Positions 19,639 through 29,116 of a DNA stretch of 64,000 nt are shown here, one piece after another. The position numbers and the translations under genes are program-made. The first letter of the stretch is position 1, and each line of letters begins with the position of its first letter. Location of the stretch: the sequence record SRR20825006_1576; one strand, given 5' to 3'. A model generated the notes under the pieces. It did no database searches. It was given only the letters and a program-made list of their open reading frames with translations, and was not told the origin of the DNA.

Positions 19639-21702
19639 ATGAAGAAAACGCTTTGCATGCTTTCGCTAGCTGCATCGGTATCCGCAGCGGGTGTAATGGC
19701 TACCGCACAGGAGTATCCTTCTGTCGGACCGATCCCCTATGCTCGCCCGGGAGGTCTCGCTGCGCAGCCTTCATTCGAGGTGACCGGAGCCATTTCCAAG
19801 CCTATAGCCAATCCGGCATCAAGCACTGTGCTGAAACAGGGGCTCGATGCCTTGAGTGATGGAGATGCCTCGACAGCGCTGCGCGCCAGGGACCGTCTCC
19901 CGATGAACTCGCTTGACCACCAGATTCTGAGCTGGGCCATCGCTGTATCGGGAGAGAAAGGCGTTCCATCTTCAGAAATTGCCGAAGCACAGCAGGAGCT
20001 CAGGGGCTGGCCGGGTCTGTCTTCGCTCCGGGACAATTCAGAGAGGGCACTAGCCCGTGAGAACCCGTCGCCGAACGCGGTGATTTCGGCCTTTGGCAAC
20101 ACGTTGCCGGAAACGTCTGACGGCACCATTTTGCTTGCGCGATCCTACCTTGCAACCGGACAAAAGCAGAAGGCACATGATACGATCATGCGGGCCTGGG
20201 CCGGCTGGGCACTGGACACTGATAGCGAAAACAAGATTCTAAGAGAATTTGGCCCGATTCTGACGCGGGAAGATCACAAAGAGCGCATGGTTTACCTGCT
20301 TTATCGCGACCGCGCGACGCAGGCAAAACGTTTCTCCGAACTCGGCAATGCCCAGTCCTTCTATAACGCCTGGGCAGCAGTCATCCGGCGACAGTCCAAT
20401 GCGGGAACGCTCATTAGTCGTGTTCACCGCAGTTGGCACAGCGATCCGGGCTTCCTCTACATTCAGATCAGGAATGCACGTCAGACAAACGAATACGACA
20501 CAGCGGCCGCGCTCTTAAAAAAGATGCCACGCAATCAGGCTGCACTCGTCAACCCCGATCAGTGGTGGGATGAAAGCCGGATTATCGCAAGGCATTATTA
20601 CGAGCACGGACGGCCGCGTGAAGCTTACGAGCTTGTCGACGCGGCGATGCCGGACGGGCGACTGGACAAGCTTGATGCACAGTTTCATGCAGGCTGGATT
20701 GCGCTTCGCGGGTTAAACAATGGGCGTCTTGCCGCTCCGCATTTCGCCCAGATTGTCTCGACCTCACCAACGCCGATATCTTCGTCACGCTCCTACTACT
20801 GGCAGGGTCGTGCAGCTGAGGCGGGTGGCCCCGGCAATGCGCGTGACTTCTATCGCCGGGCGGCACAATATCCGACCACCTATTACGGCCAACTTGCCCT
20901 CTACAAGCTTGGCCAGACGCAGCTTGATGTGGCATATCCCGACCCAACATCGGCAGACCGTGCGAACTTCAAAAAGATACCGGCTGTGCAGGCTATTGAT
21001 CGACTGCAGCAGGTTGGCCATGGCTGGCGTGGTGACGCACTTTACCGGGCGCTCGCCTATCAACTGAACAGCCCGGGGGAACTGGCGATCCTTGCCTATC
21101 AGGCTGAAACCGAACGCTCTCATCAGTTATCTCTCCAGATCGGCAAGATCGCCTATGGGCGCGGTCTTGATGTAGCAGCCCTCGCCTTTCCAACGGGCGT
21201 CATTCCGGCGAATGCCAATATTTCCGGATCAGGCAAGGCGCTGGCATATGCGATCGCTCGTCAGGAAAGTGCATTCAATCCCGGCGCTGTTTCACCGGCC
21301 GATGCCCGCGGTTTGCTCCAGCTCTTGCCGACAACTGCAAAGCGCGTTGCCAGCCGCAATGGCCTGGCCTATTCATCTAGCCGTCTGACCTCCGATCCCG
21401 GCTATAATGCCACGCTTGGTGCGCATTATCTCGGCGAACAGATTGATCGTTTTGGCGGTTCGTACATTCTCACCTTCATCGCCTACAATGCTGGCCCTGC
21501 CCGTGTGCCGCAATGGATCGAAAGATTTGGCGACCCGCGAGGCAAAGACCTGGACTTCGTGATCGACTGGGTTGAAAGCATCCCCTACCCTGAAACGCGC
21601 AATTATGTGCAGCGGGTTATGGAAAACTACGAAATCTACAAAGCGCGGCTTGGCGAACCAACCAATATCGCCAGAGATCTGATTTATGGTCGTAACGGCT
21701 GA
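19639..21702 (+). CDS. slt: Soluble lytic murein transglycosylase (Slt70-like)
   Basis: Signal peptide; C-terminal SLT domain RQESAFN, GLLQL, AYNAG, ETRNYVQRV. Confidence 0.9.
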   Translation: MKKTLCMLSLAASVSAAGVMATAQEYPSVGPIPYARPGGLAAQPSFEVTGAISKPIANPASSTVLKQGLDALSDGDASTALRARDRLPMNSLDHQILSWAIAVSGEKGVPSSEIAEAQQELRGWPGLSSLRDNSERALARENPSPNAVISAFGNTLPETSDGTILLARSYLATGQKQKAHDTIMRAWAGWALDTDSENKILREFGPILTREDHKERMVYLLYRDRATQAKRFSELGNAQSFYNAWAAVIRRQSNAGTLISRVHRSWHSDPGFLYIQIRNARQTNEYDTAAALLKKMPRNQAALVNPDQWWDESRIIARHYYEHGRPREAYELVDAAMPDGRLDKLDAQFHAGWIALRGLNNGRLAAPHFAQIVSTSPTPISSSRSYYWQGRAAEAGGPGNARDFYRRAAQYPTTYYGQLALYKLGQTQLDVAYPDPTSADRANFKKIPAVQAIDRLQQVGHGWRGDALYRALAYQLNSPGELAILAYQAETERSHQLSLQIGKIAYGRGLDVAALAFPTGVIPANANISGSGKALAYAIARQESAFNPGAVSPADARGLLQLLPTTAKRVASRNGLAYSSSRLTSDPGYNATLGAHYLGEQIDRFGGSYILTFIAYNAGPARVPQWIERFGDPRGKDLDFVIDWVESIPYPETRNYVQRVMENYEIYKARLGEPTNIARDLIYGRNG

Positions 21703-21721
21703 GCACGAGGATACATTTTGT

Positions 21722-21754
21722 AAAAAAGCCGCAAGCATCGCTTGCGGCTTTTTT
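21722..21754. terminator. Bidirectional intrinsic terminator (slt / pflA)
   Basis: AAAAAAGCCGCAAGC-ATC-GCTTGCGGCTTTTTT. Confidence 0.9.
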
Positions 21755-21784
21755 ACGTATTAATTCAGTCTGAGCCAGACCGTA

Positions 21785-22567
21785 TCAGCTTGCCACTAAA
21801 TCGCGTGCGCGAAAGATATCGCGCGCTGCTTCGGCTTCTTCATTCGTGGGCGTAGGTGTATCGCGCAACGTATACTCCATTTTCAGGGCATCCCACTTGG
21901 ATACCCCCATCTGATGAAACGGTAGCACTTCGACACGTTCAACGGCATCCCCGAGTGTCGCAACGTAATCAGCCATCCGATTGACGTCATCCGTGTCGTC
22001 GGAAAGACCGGGGACCAGCACGTAGCGAACCCACATTTTCTTCCTGAGACGTTTCAGACGTTCGGCAAAGTCGAGTGTCGGTTGCAGATATTGCGCGGTT
22101 ATTGCGTGGTATTTTTCGGGATCGATATGTTTGATGTCGAGCATGACAAGATCAACATTTTCGAACCATTCATCCTCGACACCGCTGTGCAGATAGCCTT
22201 GTGTATCAAGTGCGATGTGAAGGCCCATTTCTTTCTTGATATGCGCCATCACATTGCCGACAAAGCCAGCCTGCATCATCGGCTCACCACCGGAAAAGGT
22301 GACACCGCCGGCAAATTTGAGGAAACCCGCATATGGGCGGACTTCCTTGAGCATGTCCTCCACATCGACCTTGCGACCATTGTGAAGTTTCCAGGTATCC
22401 GGGTTATGGCAATAGAGACAACGAAACTGGCAACCGGCCATGAAAAAGACAAAGCGCATCCCCGGACCGTCGACTGCGCCGCCGGTTTCGACCGAGTGCA
22501 GAAAGCCATGGTCGAGGTCCATATGGACGCCGGGGAGCTTCTTGGGAGCGGGAACGCGCTGATGCAT
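21785..22567 (-). CDS. pflA: Pyruvate formate-lyase activating enzyme (radical SAM)
   Basis: VDGPGMR, CQFRCLYCHNPDTW, SGGEP, LPFHQMG. Confidence 0.95.
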   Translation of the reverse strand: MHQRVPAPKKLPGVHMDLDHGFLHSVETGGAVDGPGMRFVFFMAGCQFRCLYCHNPDTWKLHNGRKVDVEDMLKEVRPYAGFLKFAGGVTFSGGEPMMQAGFVGNVMAHIKKEMGLHIALDTQGYLHSGVEDEWFENVDLVMLDIKHIDPEKYHAITAQYLQPTLDFAERLKRLRKKMWVRYVLVPGLSDDTDDVNRMADYVATLGDAVERVEVLPFHQMGVSKWDALKMEYTLRDTPTPTNEEAEAARDIFRARDLVAS

Positions 22568-22580
22568 TTTTTATCACCCT

Positions 22581-24851
22581 TTACATCGAGGTGTGGAAAG
22601 TCCGGTTGATCACATCAAGCTGCTGTTCTTTCGTCAGCTTGATAAAGTTCACGGCATAGCCCGAAACACGGATCGTAAGCTGCGGGTATTTCTCCGGATG
22701 ATCCATGGCATCAAGCAATGTCTCCTTGTTGAGGAGATTGATGTTGACATGGAAGCCACCGGCTGCCGTATAGCCATCAAGGCAATTTGACAGGTTCCGA
22801 ACACGATCTTCTTCGGTATGACCAAGGCTGCCCGGTGTTGCCGAAGCGGTCCAGCTAATGCCGTCAAGCGCTGCGTCATAGGGCAGTTTGGCAAGCGAAG
22901 CACCTGCGGCAACGAAGCCCTTCTTGTCACGCCCGTTCATCGGGTTTGCGCCCGGCGAGAAGGGTTCGCCTGCACGGCGACCGTCCGGAGTATTGCCGGT
23001 TTTCTTGCCATAAACAACATTCGACGTGATCGTCAGGATCGACTGGGTTGGCATTGAGTCACGATAGAAGTACGGCTGTGCCTTGATCTTCTTCATGAAC
23101 TCCTCGACCAGCCACACGGCAATCTGATCGACACGGTCATCATTGTTACCAAAGGCCGGAAAATCACCGGTTATCTTATAGTCAACGGCCAGACCGGTTT
23201 CGTCACGAATGACTTCGACCTTGGCATACTTGATCGCCGACAAGGCATCCGCTGCAATCGAAAGCCCGGCAATGCCGCAAGCCATCGTCCGCAGGATATC
23301 GCGATCATGCAGCGCCATCTCAATGCGTTCATACGCATATTTGTCGTGCATGTAATGGATTGCGTTCAAGGCCTTTACGTAAGTCTTGGCCAGCCAGTCC
23401 ATGGCCTTGTCAAATTTTTCGACAACCTCGTCATACTCCAGAACGTCACCGGTAATCGGCTCCAGACCTTCTGCAACTTTCTTGCCCTTCATCTTCATTT
23501 CATCAACGCCACCGTTGATGGCATAAAGAAGAGCCTTGGCGAGATTGGCCCGCGCACCGAAGAACTGCATCTGTTTGCCGATCCGCATCGAAGAGACGCA
23601 GCAGGCAATGCCGTAATCGTCGCCCCATTTAGGGCGCATCAGCTCATCATTTTCATACTGGATGGCACAGGTATCGGCCGAAACCTTGGCGCAGAAGTGC
23701 TTGAAGCCTTCCGGCAGGCTCGGGCTCCACAGAACCGTGAGGTTCGGCTCCGGTGCAGGACCGAGGTTATAGAGCGTGTTGAGGAAGCGGAAGCTGCTCT
23801 TCGAAACAAGCGTCCGGCCGTCTTCGCCCATGCCGCCGATGGCTTCGGTAACCCATACGGGGTCGCCCGAAAACAGCTCATCATATTCCGGTGTGCGCAG
23901 GAAGCGAACGATACGCAGCTTGATGATCATGTCATCAACCATTTCCTGAGCATCAACCTCGGAAATGAAACCAGCATCGATATCGCGCTGAATATAAATG
24001 TCGAGGAAGGTCGAGATACGACCAATCGACATGGCAGCACCGTTCTGCTCTTTCACGGCAGCCAGGTAGCCGAAATAAACGGCCTGGACAGCTTCGCGGG
24101 CATTGCGTGCCGGTTTTGAAATATCAAAGCCGTATTTAGCGGCCATCTCGCGCAGTTCATCAAGCGCGCGGAACTGTTCCGACATTTCCTCACGAAGGCG
24201 CAGCGTGTTGTCATTGAAGACAGCATCATCAAGCTCGTGAAATTCCTTCTGCTTTTCAGCCCGCAGGAAATCCGTTCCATAAAGAGCGACACGACGATAA
24301 TCGCCAATGATGCGGCCACGGCCATAGGCATCCGGCAGGCCGGTAATCACTCCCGATTTACGGCAAGCCATGATGTCAGGACTGTAAACATCGAAAACGC
24401 CTTGATTGTGGCTCTTGCGGTGCTTTGTCCAGACGTCGTGCACATCTTCGGGAATCTTGAAACCATAGGTCTCTAGGCTGCCTTCAACCATACGCAGGCC
24501 ACCATTCGGCATGATGGCGCGTTTCAGCGGCGCATCCGTCTGCAGACCAACAATGATTTCGAGATCCTTATTGATGTAGCCAGCATCATGCGCTGTTATC
24601 GAAGAAGGGATTGTTGACGCGATATCAAGAACGCCGCCTTTTTCACGCTCTTTCTTCAACAGGACACTCAGCTCATCCCAGAGCTGCTTGGTGCGCCCGG
24701 TCGCAGGCGCAAGGAAAGACGCATCACCTTCATAAGGCGTATAGTTTTCCTGAATAAAATTGCGAACATCAATGGCGGTGCGCCATGCACCGTCGCTGAA
24801 ACCTTCCCAGGCATCGGCATGGACGTTCGAATATTTGGTATACATATCCAT
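22581..24851 (-). CDS. pflB: Pyruvate formate-lyase (glycyl radical enzyme)
   Basis: Vicinal cysteines IACCVS, glycyl-radical loop [24 protein letters not shown]. Confidence 0.96.
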   Translation of the reverse strand: MDMYTKYSNVHADAWEGFSDGAWRTAIDVRNFIQENYTPYEGDASFLAPATGRTKQLWDELSVLLKKEREKGGVLDIASTIPSSITAHDAGYINKDLEIIVGLQTDAPLKRAIMPNGGLRMVEGSLETYGFKIPEDVHDVWTKHRKSHNQGVFDVYSPDIMACRKSGVITGLPDAYGRGRIIGDYRRVALYGTDFLRAEKQKEFHELDDAVFNDNTLRLREEMSEQFRALDELREMAAKYGFDISKPARNAREAVQAVYFGYLAAVKEQNGAAMSIGRISTFLDIYIQRDIDAGFISEVDAQEMVDDMIIKLRIVRFLRTPEYDELFSGDPVWVTEAIGGMGEDGRTLVSKSSFRFLNTLYNLGPAPEPNLTVLWSPSLPEGFKHFCAKVSADTCAIQYENDELMRPKWGDDYGIACCVSSMRIGKQMQFFGARANLAKALLYAINGGVDEMKMKGKKVAEGLEPITGDVLEYDEVVEKFDKAMDWLAKTYVKALNAIHYMHDKYAYERIEMALHDRDILRTMACGIAGLSIAADALSAIKYAKVEVIRDETGLAVDYKITGDFPAFGNNDDRVDQIAVWLVEEFMKKIKAQPYFYRDSMPTQSILTITSNVVYGKKTGNTPDGRRAGEPFSPGANPMNGRDKKGFVAAGASLAKLPYDAALDGISWTASATPGSLGHTEEDRVRNLSNCLDGYTAAGGFHVNINLLNKETLLDAMDHPEKYPQLTIRVSGYAVNFIKLTKEQQLDVINRTFHTSM

Positions 24852-25293
24852 AATTTAGGCCCTCACATTAAAAAAGAGGAACAGCTGAGTGATTTCAGTA
24901 TTTAAAGCCTGGAGGATAGTCGGCCTACCATACTGAAATCGGTAAAGGGTATTGCTGCAGGAACGGTCCACGACATTTTTATTCGTGATGATAAGGCCAG
25001 TTGCGTGCGGGCAATCCCGAAACTTTTCCATTTCTCCAACACCGCGACAGTATTCCGTCGCTCCTGATGGCTGACTTTTGGCGCTCTGGCGCTGGTCTCG
25101 GGCTCAAGCCTTTAGAAGATCGCGTCGAATGTTGGCGCCAACCGCCAACGCTCTTTGTTTTGACGCTCCTTATATGATACGAAAGGCTAACAAAGTCCAG
25201 AATAAATTGACTTTTTTACTTATTTTTCGAAATAAAAAACAAGTACATTTTGATGAAAATCAATTATTAAAGCACATACATTCAACATCATTA

Positions 25294-25307
25294 TTGATCT
25301 CGATCAA
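25294..25307. promoter_or_regulatory. FNR/FixK-type box
   Basis: Exact TTGAT-CTCG-ATCAA in the AT-rich divergent region between pflB and the GH3 gene. Confidence 0.8.
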
Positions 25308-25563
25308 TTTTCGCCGAGAAATTAACGTTATTCATGCAAAAGAACGCCGATTAACACCTTGCGGGTTAATGGCTTGCTGTGCTTGTAATTATAACACCGA
25401 GGCGGGAGTTTCCAAAGCACAAGATCTGTCGAATCGGCATTTCCAGTTGCACCAGAACCAGTGATCGGACGCCAGCGTTCACTCCTTGAGTGCGAAAGGA
25501 TTTTCCGTACACGTCGACTAAGGATATCTTTTGCGCAGCCAAAGACAGGGAGAGAGTAAGATC

Positions 25564-27951
25564 ATGACAGCACCCTCGTTGTACAAAGACGCAGCCCAGC
25601 CTCTCGAGGCACGTGTTGCCGACCTTCTCGCCCGCATGACGATTGATGAGAAGATCGGGCAGTTGCATGCAGCCTGGCTGTTTTTATCCGAAGACGGCAA
25701 CCACCAGACGCGCTCGGACCAGTTTACAGGCTCAACCGACCCTGCGACATTGAGAAATATGCTGTCCTGCGGGTTGGGCCAGATCACCCGGCCTCTTGGA
25801 ACGAGGAGCGTTGAGCCTGCAACCGGCGTGCGCGCGCTGAATGCGCTGCAGAAATTCATGGTCGAGGAAACCCGGCTCGGCATTCCGGTCATGTCGCATG
25901 AGGAATGTCTTTCCGGTCTGATGATCAAGGGCGCAACGCTGTTTCCCTCGTCCCTGAGCTTCGGCGCGACATTCAACCCTGACCTGATCAGAAAAGTCGG
26001 TGCGGCCATCGGCCAGGAAGCCCGCGCCGTTGGTTGTCATCAGGGGCTGGCCCCGGTGCTTGATGTCGCCCGGGATGCCCGCTGGGGCCGAACGGAAGAA
26101 AGCATCGCAGAAGATCCCTATCTGACGGGCGTGATTGCAACAGCCTATGTTGAAGGTCTTCAGGGAGAGGATCGCGGCCTGCTGGCAACGCTTAAACATT
26201 ACGCCGGCCATTCCGCCAGCGAAGGTGGCCGCAACCACGCCCCGGTTCACATGGGCTGGCGCGAACTGAACGATATGTTCATGCTGCCCTTCGAAATGGC
26301 GGTCAAGCTCGCCAATGCCGGCTCCGTCATGCCCGCCTATCATGATATCGACGGCGAGCCGGTGCATGCCTCGCATCACCTGATGACAAAGGTTTTACGC
26401 GATGACTGGGGCTTTGATGGTCTCATCGTTGCGGATTATGTCGGCGTCAGTCTGCTTTATCAGCATCACGGCATTGCGACTGACCGTGCGGAGGCCGCCG
26501 CCCTCGCCTTCAACACCGGTCTTGATATCGAACTTCCCGGCGATGACTGCGCCAAAGATCTCAAGGATGCCCTTAAACGCGGCCTGATCACGGAAGACAA
26601 GATCAATGAGGTTGTCGGACGCGTGCTGAAAGAGAAATTCCGGCTCGGCCTGTTCGAGAAACCTTACGCCGATGACCACAAGATTATTCTGCAAGCAAAA
26701 GAAGCAATCGATGTCGCCCGCCAGACTGCGGAGGAATCTGTTACCATTCTTGATAATAACGGGGTTCTGCCGCTCGCCGCTGACAAAAGGGTTGCCGTCA
26801 TCGGACCAACGGCGGACGATCCGCTGGCGCTTCTCGGCGATTACGCTTTCCCGGTTCACCTGATCCACAATGAGGCGCAGGAAGACGTTGAAAGCGTCGT
26901 TACCCCGCTTGCAGGGCTCAGGAAACAGCTTGGGGCTGAAAACGTCATTTACGCGCGCGGCTGCAATATTCTGGATGAACGCAAGGCCGGTGCGCCGGTC
27001 TTCCCCGGCGACGTGGATGACAGCACCTCACTGGAACAGGCGTCATCCCTTTCAGCTCGTCTCGACATGATCCCGGAAGCGGTCGAGGCTGCCCGAAACG
27101 CCGATGTCGCCATCGTCTGCGTTGGTGATCTGTCCGGGATCTTCCAGACAGGCACGGTCGGGGAAGGCTCCGATACCGACACGCTGGAACTGCCCGGCGC
27201 GCAGCAGCAACTGCTTGATGCCGTGATTGAAACGGGCAAGCCGGTGATCGTCGTTATTTCGTCAGGCCGGCCCTACAATCTCGGTGGCGCGGAAGACAGG
27301 ATCGCCGCCCAGGTGATGACCTTCTTCTCCGGTCAGGAAGGCGGTACGGCGCTGGCACATGTTCTGACCGGCGCAACCGAACCGTCCGGACGCCTGACAC
27401 TTTCAGTTCCGCATAATGCCGGCGCGGCGCCTTATTTCTACAATCACAGCTTCAAGAGCTCCGGCACGCCGATCGCTCGGCATTTCGGCAGCCGCTACCC
27501 GTTCGGCCACGGCCTGTCCTACACGTCGTTCGAGTTTTCGGATGCAAAGCTGGAAAAGGACGCCGTCGATATCGACACGGGCACCGTCCGTATCTCGTTT
27601 ACGGTGAAAAACACCGGCGAGCGCGATGGCATCGCCGTGCCGCAACTTTACGTCCGAGACGAGATTGCTTCCATCGTGCGACCGGTCAAAGAGCTGAAAG
27701 CCTTCGGCAAGGTGATGCTGAAACCCGGTGAGAACACCCGTGTGACCTTTGAAGTTCCCACCGACATGCTGAACTTCACCGGCTATGAAGGCTATCGCGT
27801 CGTCGAACCCGGCTTCTTCACGCTGATGATTGGCGCTTCCAGCGGCGATATCAGACTGAAAACCCGCGTCGAACTGACCGGTAAACGCCGGGCCCTGCCG
27901 AAAGACTGGCGGATGATGAGCACATTCAAAAGTGCCACGGCTACGTGCTGA
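25564..27951 (+). CDS. GH3 glycoside hydrolase (beta-xylosidase/glucosidase type), no signal peptide
   Basis: RLGIP..HEE, RWGRTEE, LKHY, nucleophile IVADY, YPFGHGLSYT, C-terminal FnIII-like domain (RPVKELKAF). Confidence 0.9.
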   Translation: MTAPSLYKDAAQPLEARVADLLARMTIDEKIGQLHAAWLFLSEDGNHQTRSDQFTGSTDPATLRNMLSCGLGQITRPLGTRSVEPATGVRALNALQKFMVEETRLGIPVMSHEECLSGLMIKGATLFPSSLSFGATFNPDLIRKVGAAIGQEARAVGCHQGLAPVLDVARDARWGRTEESIAEDPYLTGVIATAYVEGLQGEDRGLLATLKHYAGHSASEGGRNHAPVHMGWRELNDMFMLPFEMAVKLANAGSVMPAYHDIDGEPVHASHHLMTKVLRDDWGFDGLIVADYVGVSLLYQHHGIATDRAEAAALAFNTGLDIELPGDDCAKDLKDALKRGLITEDKINEVVGRVLKEKFRLGLFEKPYADDHKIILQAKEAIDVARQTAEESVTILDNNGVLPLAADKRVAVIGPTADDPLALLGDYAFPVHLIHNEAQEDVESVVTPLAGLRKQLGAENVIYARGCNILDERKAGAPVFPGDVDDSTSLEQASSLSARLDMIPEAVEAARNADVAIVCVGDLSGIFQTGTVGEGSDTDTLELPGAQQQLLDAVIETGKPVIVVISSGRPYNLGGAEDRIAAQVMTFFSGQEGGTALAHVLTGATEPSGRLTLSVPHNAGAAPYFYNHSFKSSGTPIARHFGSRYPFGHGLSYTSFEFSDAKLEKDAVDIDTGTVRISFTVKNTGERDGIAVPQLYVRDEIASIVRPVKELKAFGKVMLKPGENTRVTFEVPTDMLNFTGYEGYRVVEPGFFTLMIGASSGDIRLKTRVELTGKRRALPKDWRMMSTFKSATATC

Positions 27952-27961
27952 TGAAATATAT

Positions 27962-27994
27962 ACCGCCGCGTCGATTCCCGTCGCGGCGGTTTTC
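27962..27994. terminator. Hairpin between convergent GH3 and ABC ATPase genes
   Basis: ACCGCCGCG...CGCGGCGGT followed by TTT. Confidence 0.6.
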
Positions 27995-28016
27995 GTTATT
28001 CGCTCAGGCAAACGGT

Positions 28017-29114
28017 TCAGCGAATACGCTGCTCATCCTCATCAAACAGAAAGATGGTCGACGCATCGGTAGTCAGCCGCAAAACAGTGCCTTCCCTGGC
28101 GATTGCCTGCCGCTCAACATTGATCGTGCAGTTCGTTTCTCCGATTTGACCATAAAGATAGCTGGCGCCGCCAAGGAACTCAGAAAAGTCGACCGTAAAC
28201 GGAACTGCAGCTTCGTCTCCGGTAGCCAGACGCCAGTGCTCCGGCCGGATACCCACGGTCACATGCGTGCCGCTTTCCGGCTTGCTTTCCAGTTCTGGCA
28301 ATGGCAACTCCGCCCCTGCCACCGCGATACCATTCACCTTAACCTCGCCGGGCAGAAAGTTCATTTTCGGTGAACCAATGAACCCACCCACGAACACGTT
28401 ATCCGGGTCGTCATAGAGTGTTGCAGGTGAGCCGACCTGTTCAACCCGCCCGCCCCTCAAGACAACAATCTTGTCAGCGAGCGTCATTGCCTCCGTCTGG
28501 TCGTGCGTCACATAGATCATGGTATTGCCAAGCTCCTGATGAAGCCGGGCAATCTCGATACGCATTCCAACCCTGAGTTCGGCATCGAGGTTGGAAAGCG
28601 GTTCGTCGAACAGGAAGATTTCTGGATCACGAACAATCGCACGGCCAATGGCCACACGCTGCCGCTGACCGCCGGAAAGCTGTCCGGGCCGACGGTCCAG
28701 ATAATCCGTCAGCTTCAGAATATCAGCAGCCTGCCGAACCTTGTTCTCAACATCAGCCTTGGGGCGTCCCGCGACCTTCAGGCCGAACCCCATATTCTGT
28801 TCAACACTCATATGCGGATAAAGCGCATAGGTCTGGAATACCATCGCAATACCGCGATCAGAAGGGTCTTCATCTGTCACGTCCTTGCCAGATATCATGA
28901 CATCGCCGCTGGTAACCTCCTCCAGTCCGGCAATAAGCCTCAACAGTGTTGATTTCCCGCAACCCGATGGGCCGACGAAAACAACAAACTCGCCACCTTC
29001 GATCTCCAGATCAACGTCGTGAATAACCTGAACCATGCCGAAGGATTTGGAGACCCGCCGCAGCGAAAGGCCTGCCGGGCTGTGATCTGACTTCAGGCTC
29101 TGAAGTTCACTCAT
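28017..29114 (-). CDS. Carbohydrate ABC transporter ATP-binding protein (MalK/MsmK type)
   Basis: GPSGCGKST, LSGGQRQ, DEPLSNLDA, C-terminal TOBE region (GIRPE). Confidence 0.92.
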   Translation of the reverse strand: MSELQSLKSDHSPAGLSLRRVSKSFGMVQVIHDVDLEIEGGEFVVFVGPSGCGKSTLLRLIAGLEEVTSGDVMISGKDVTDEDPSDRGIAMVFQTYALYPHMSVEQNMGFGLKVAGRPKADVENKVRQAADILKLTDYLDRRPGQLSGGQRQRVAIGRAIVRDPEIFLFDEPLSNLDAELRVGMRIEIARLHQELGNTMIYVTHDQTEAMTLADKIVVLRGGRVEQVGSPATLYDDPDNVFVGGFIGSPKMNFLPGEVKVNGIAVAGAELPLPELESKPESGTHVTVGIRPEHWRLATGDEAAVPFTVDFSEFLGGASYLYGQIGETNCTINVERQAIAREGTVLRLTTDASTIFLFDEDEQRIR

Positions 29115-29116
29115 TG

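Noticed and set aside
24852-25260. ZMP/ZTP (pfl) riboswitch upstream of pflB
   Set aside because: Only a partial CGCAACTGGC match on the mRNA strand; the GGCG/CGCC pseudoknot and the 3' GCCTGGGC hairpin are not visible. An Infernal search would be decisive.
25078-25464. 128-aa ORF in the pflB-GH3 intergenic region
   Set aside because: TTG start without RBS, runs through the AT-rich promoter and the FNR box, no protein-like features.
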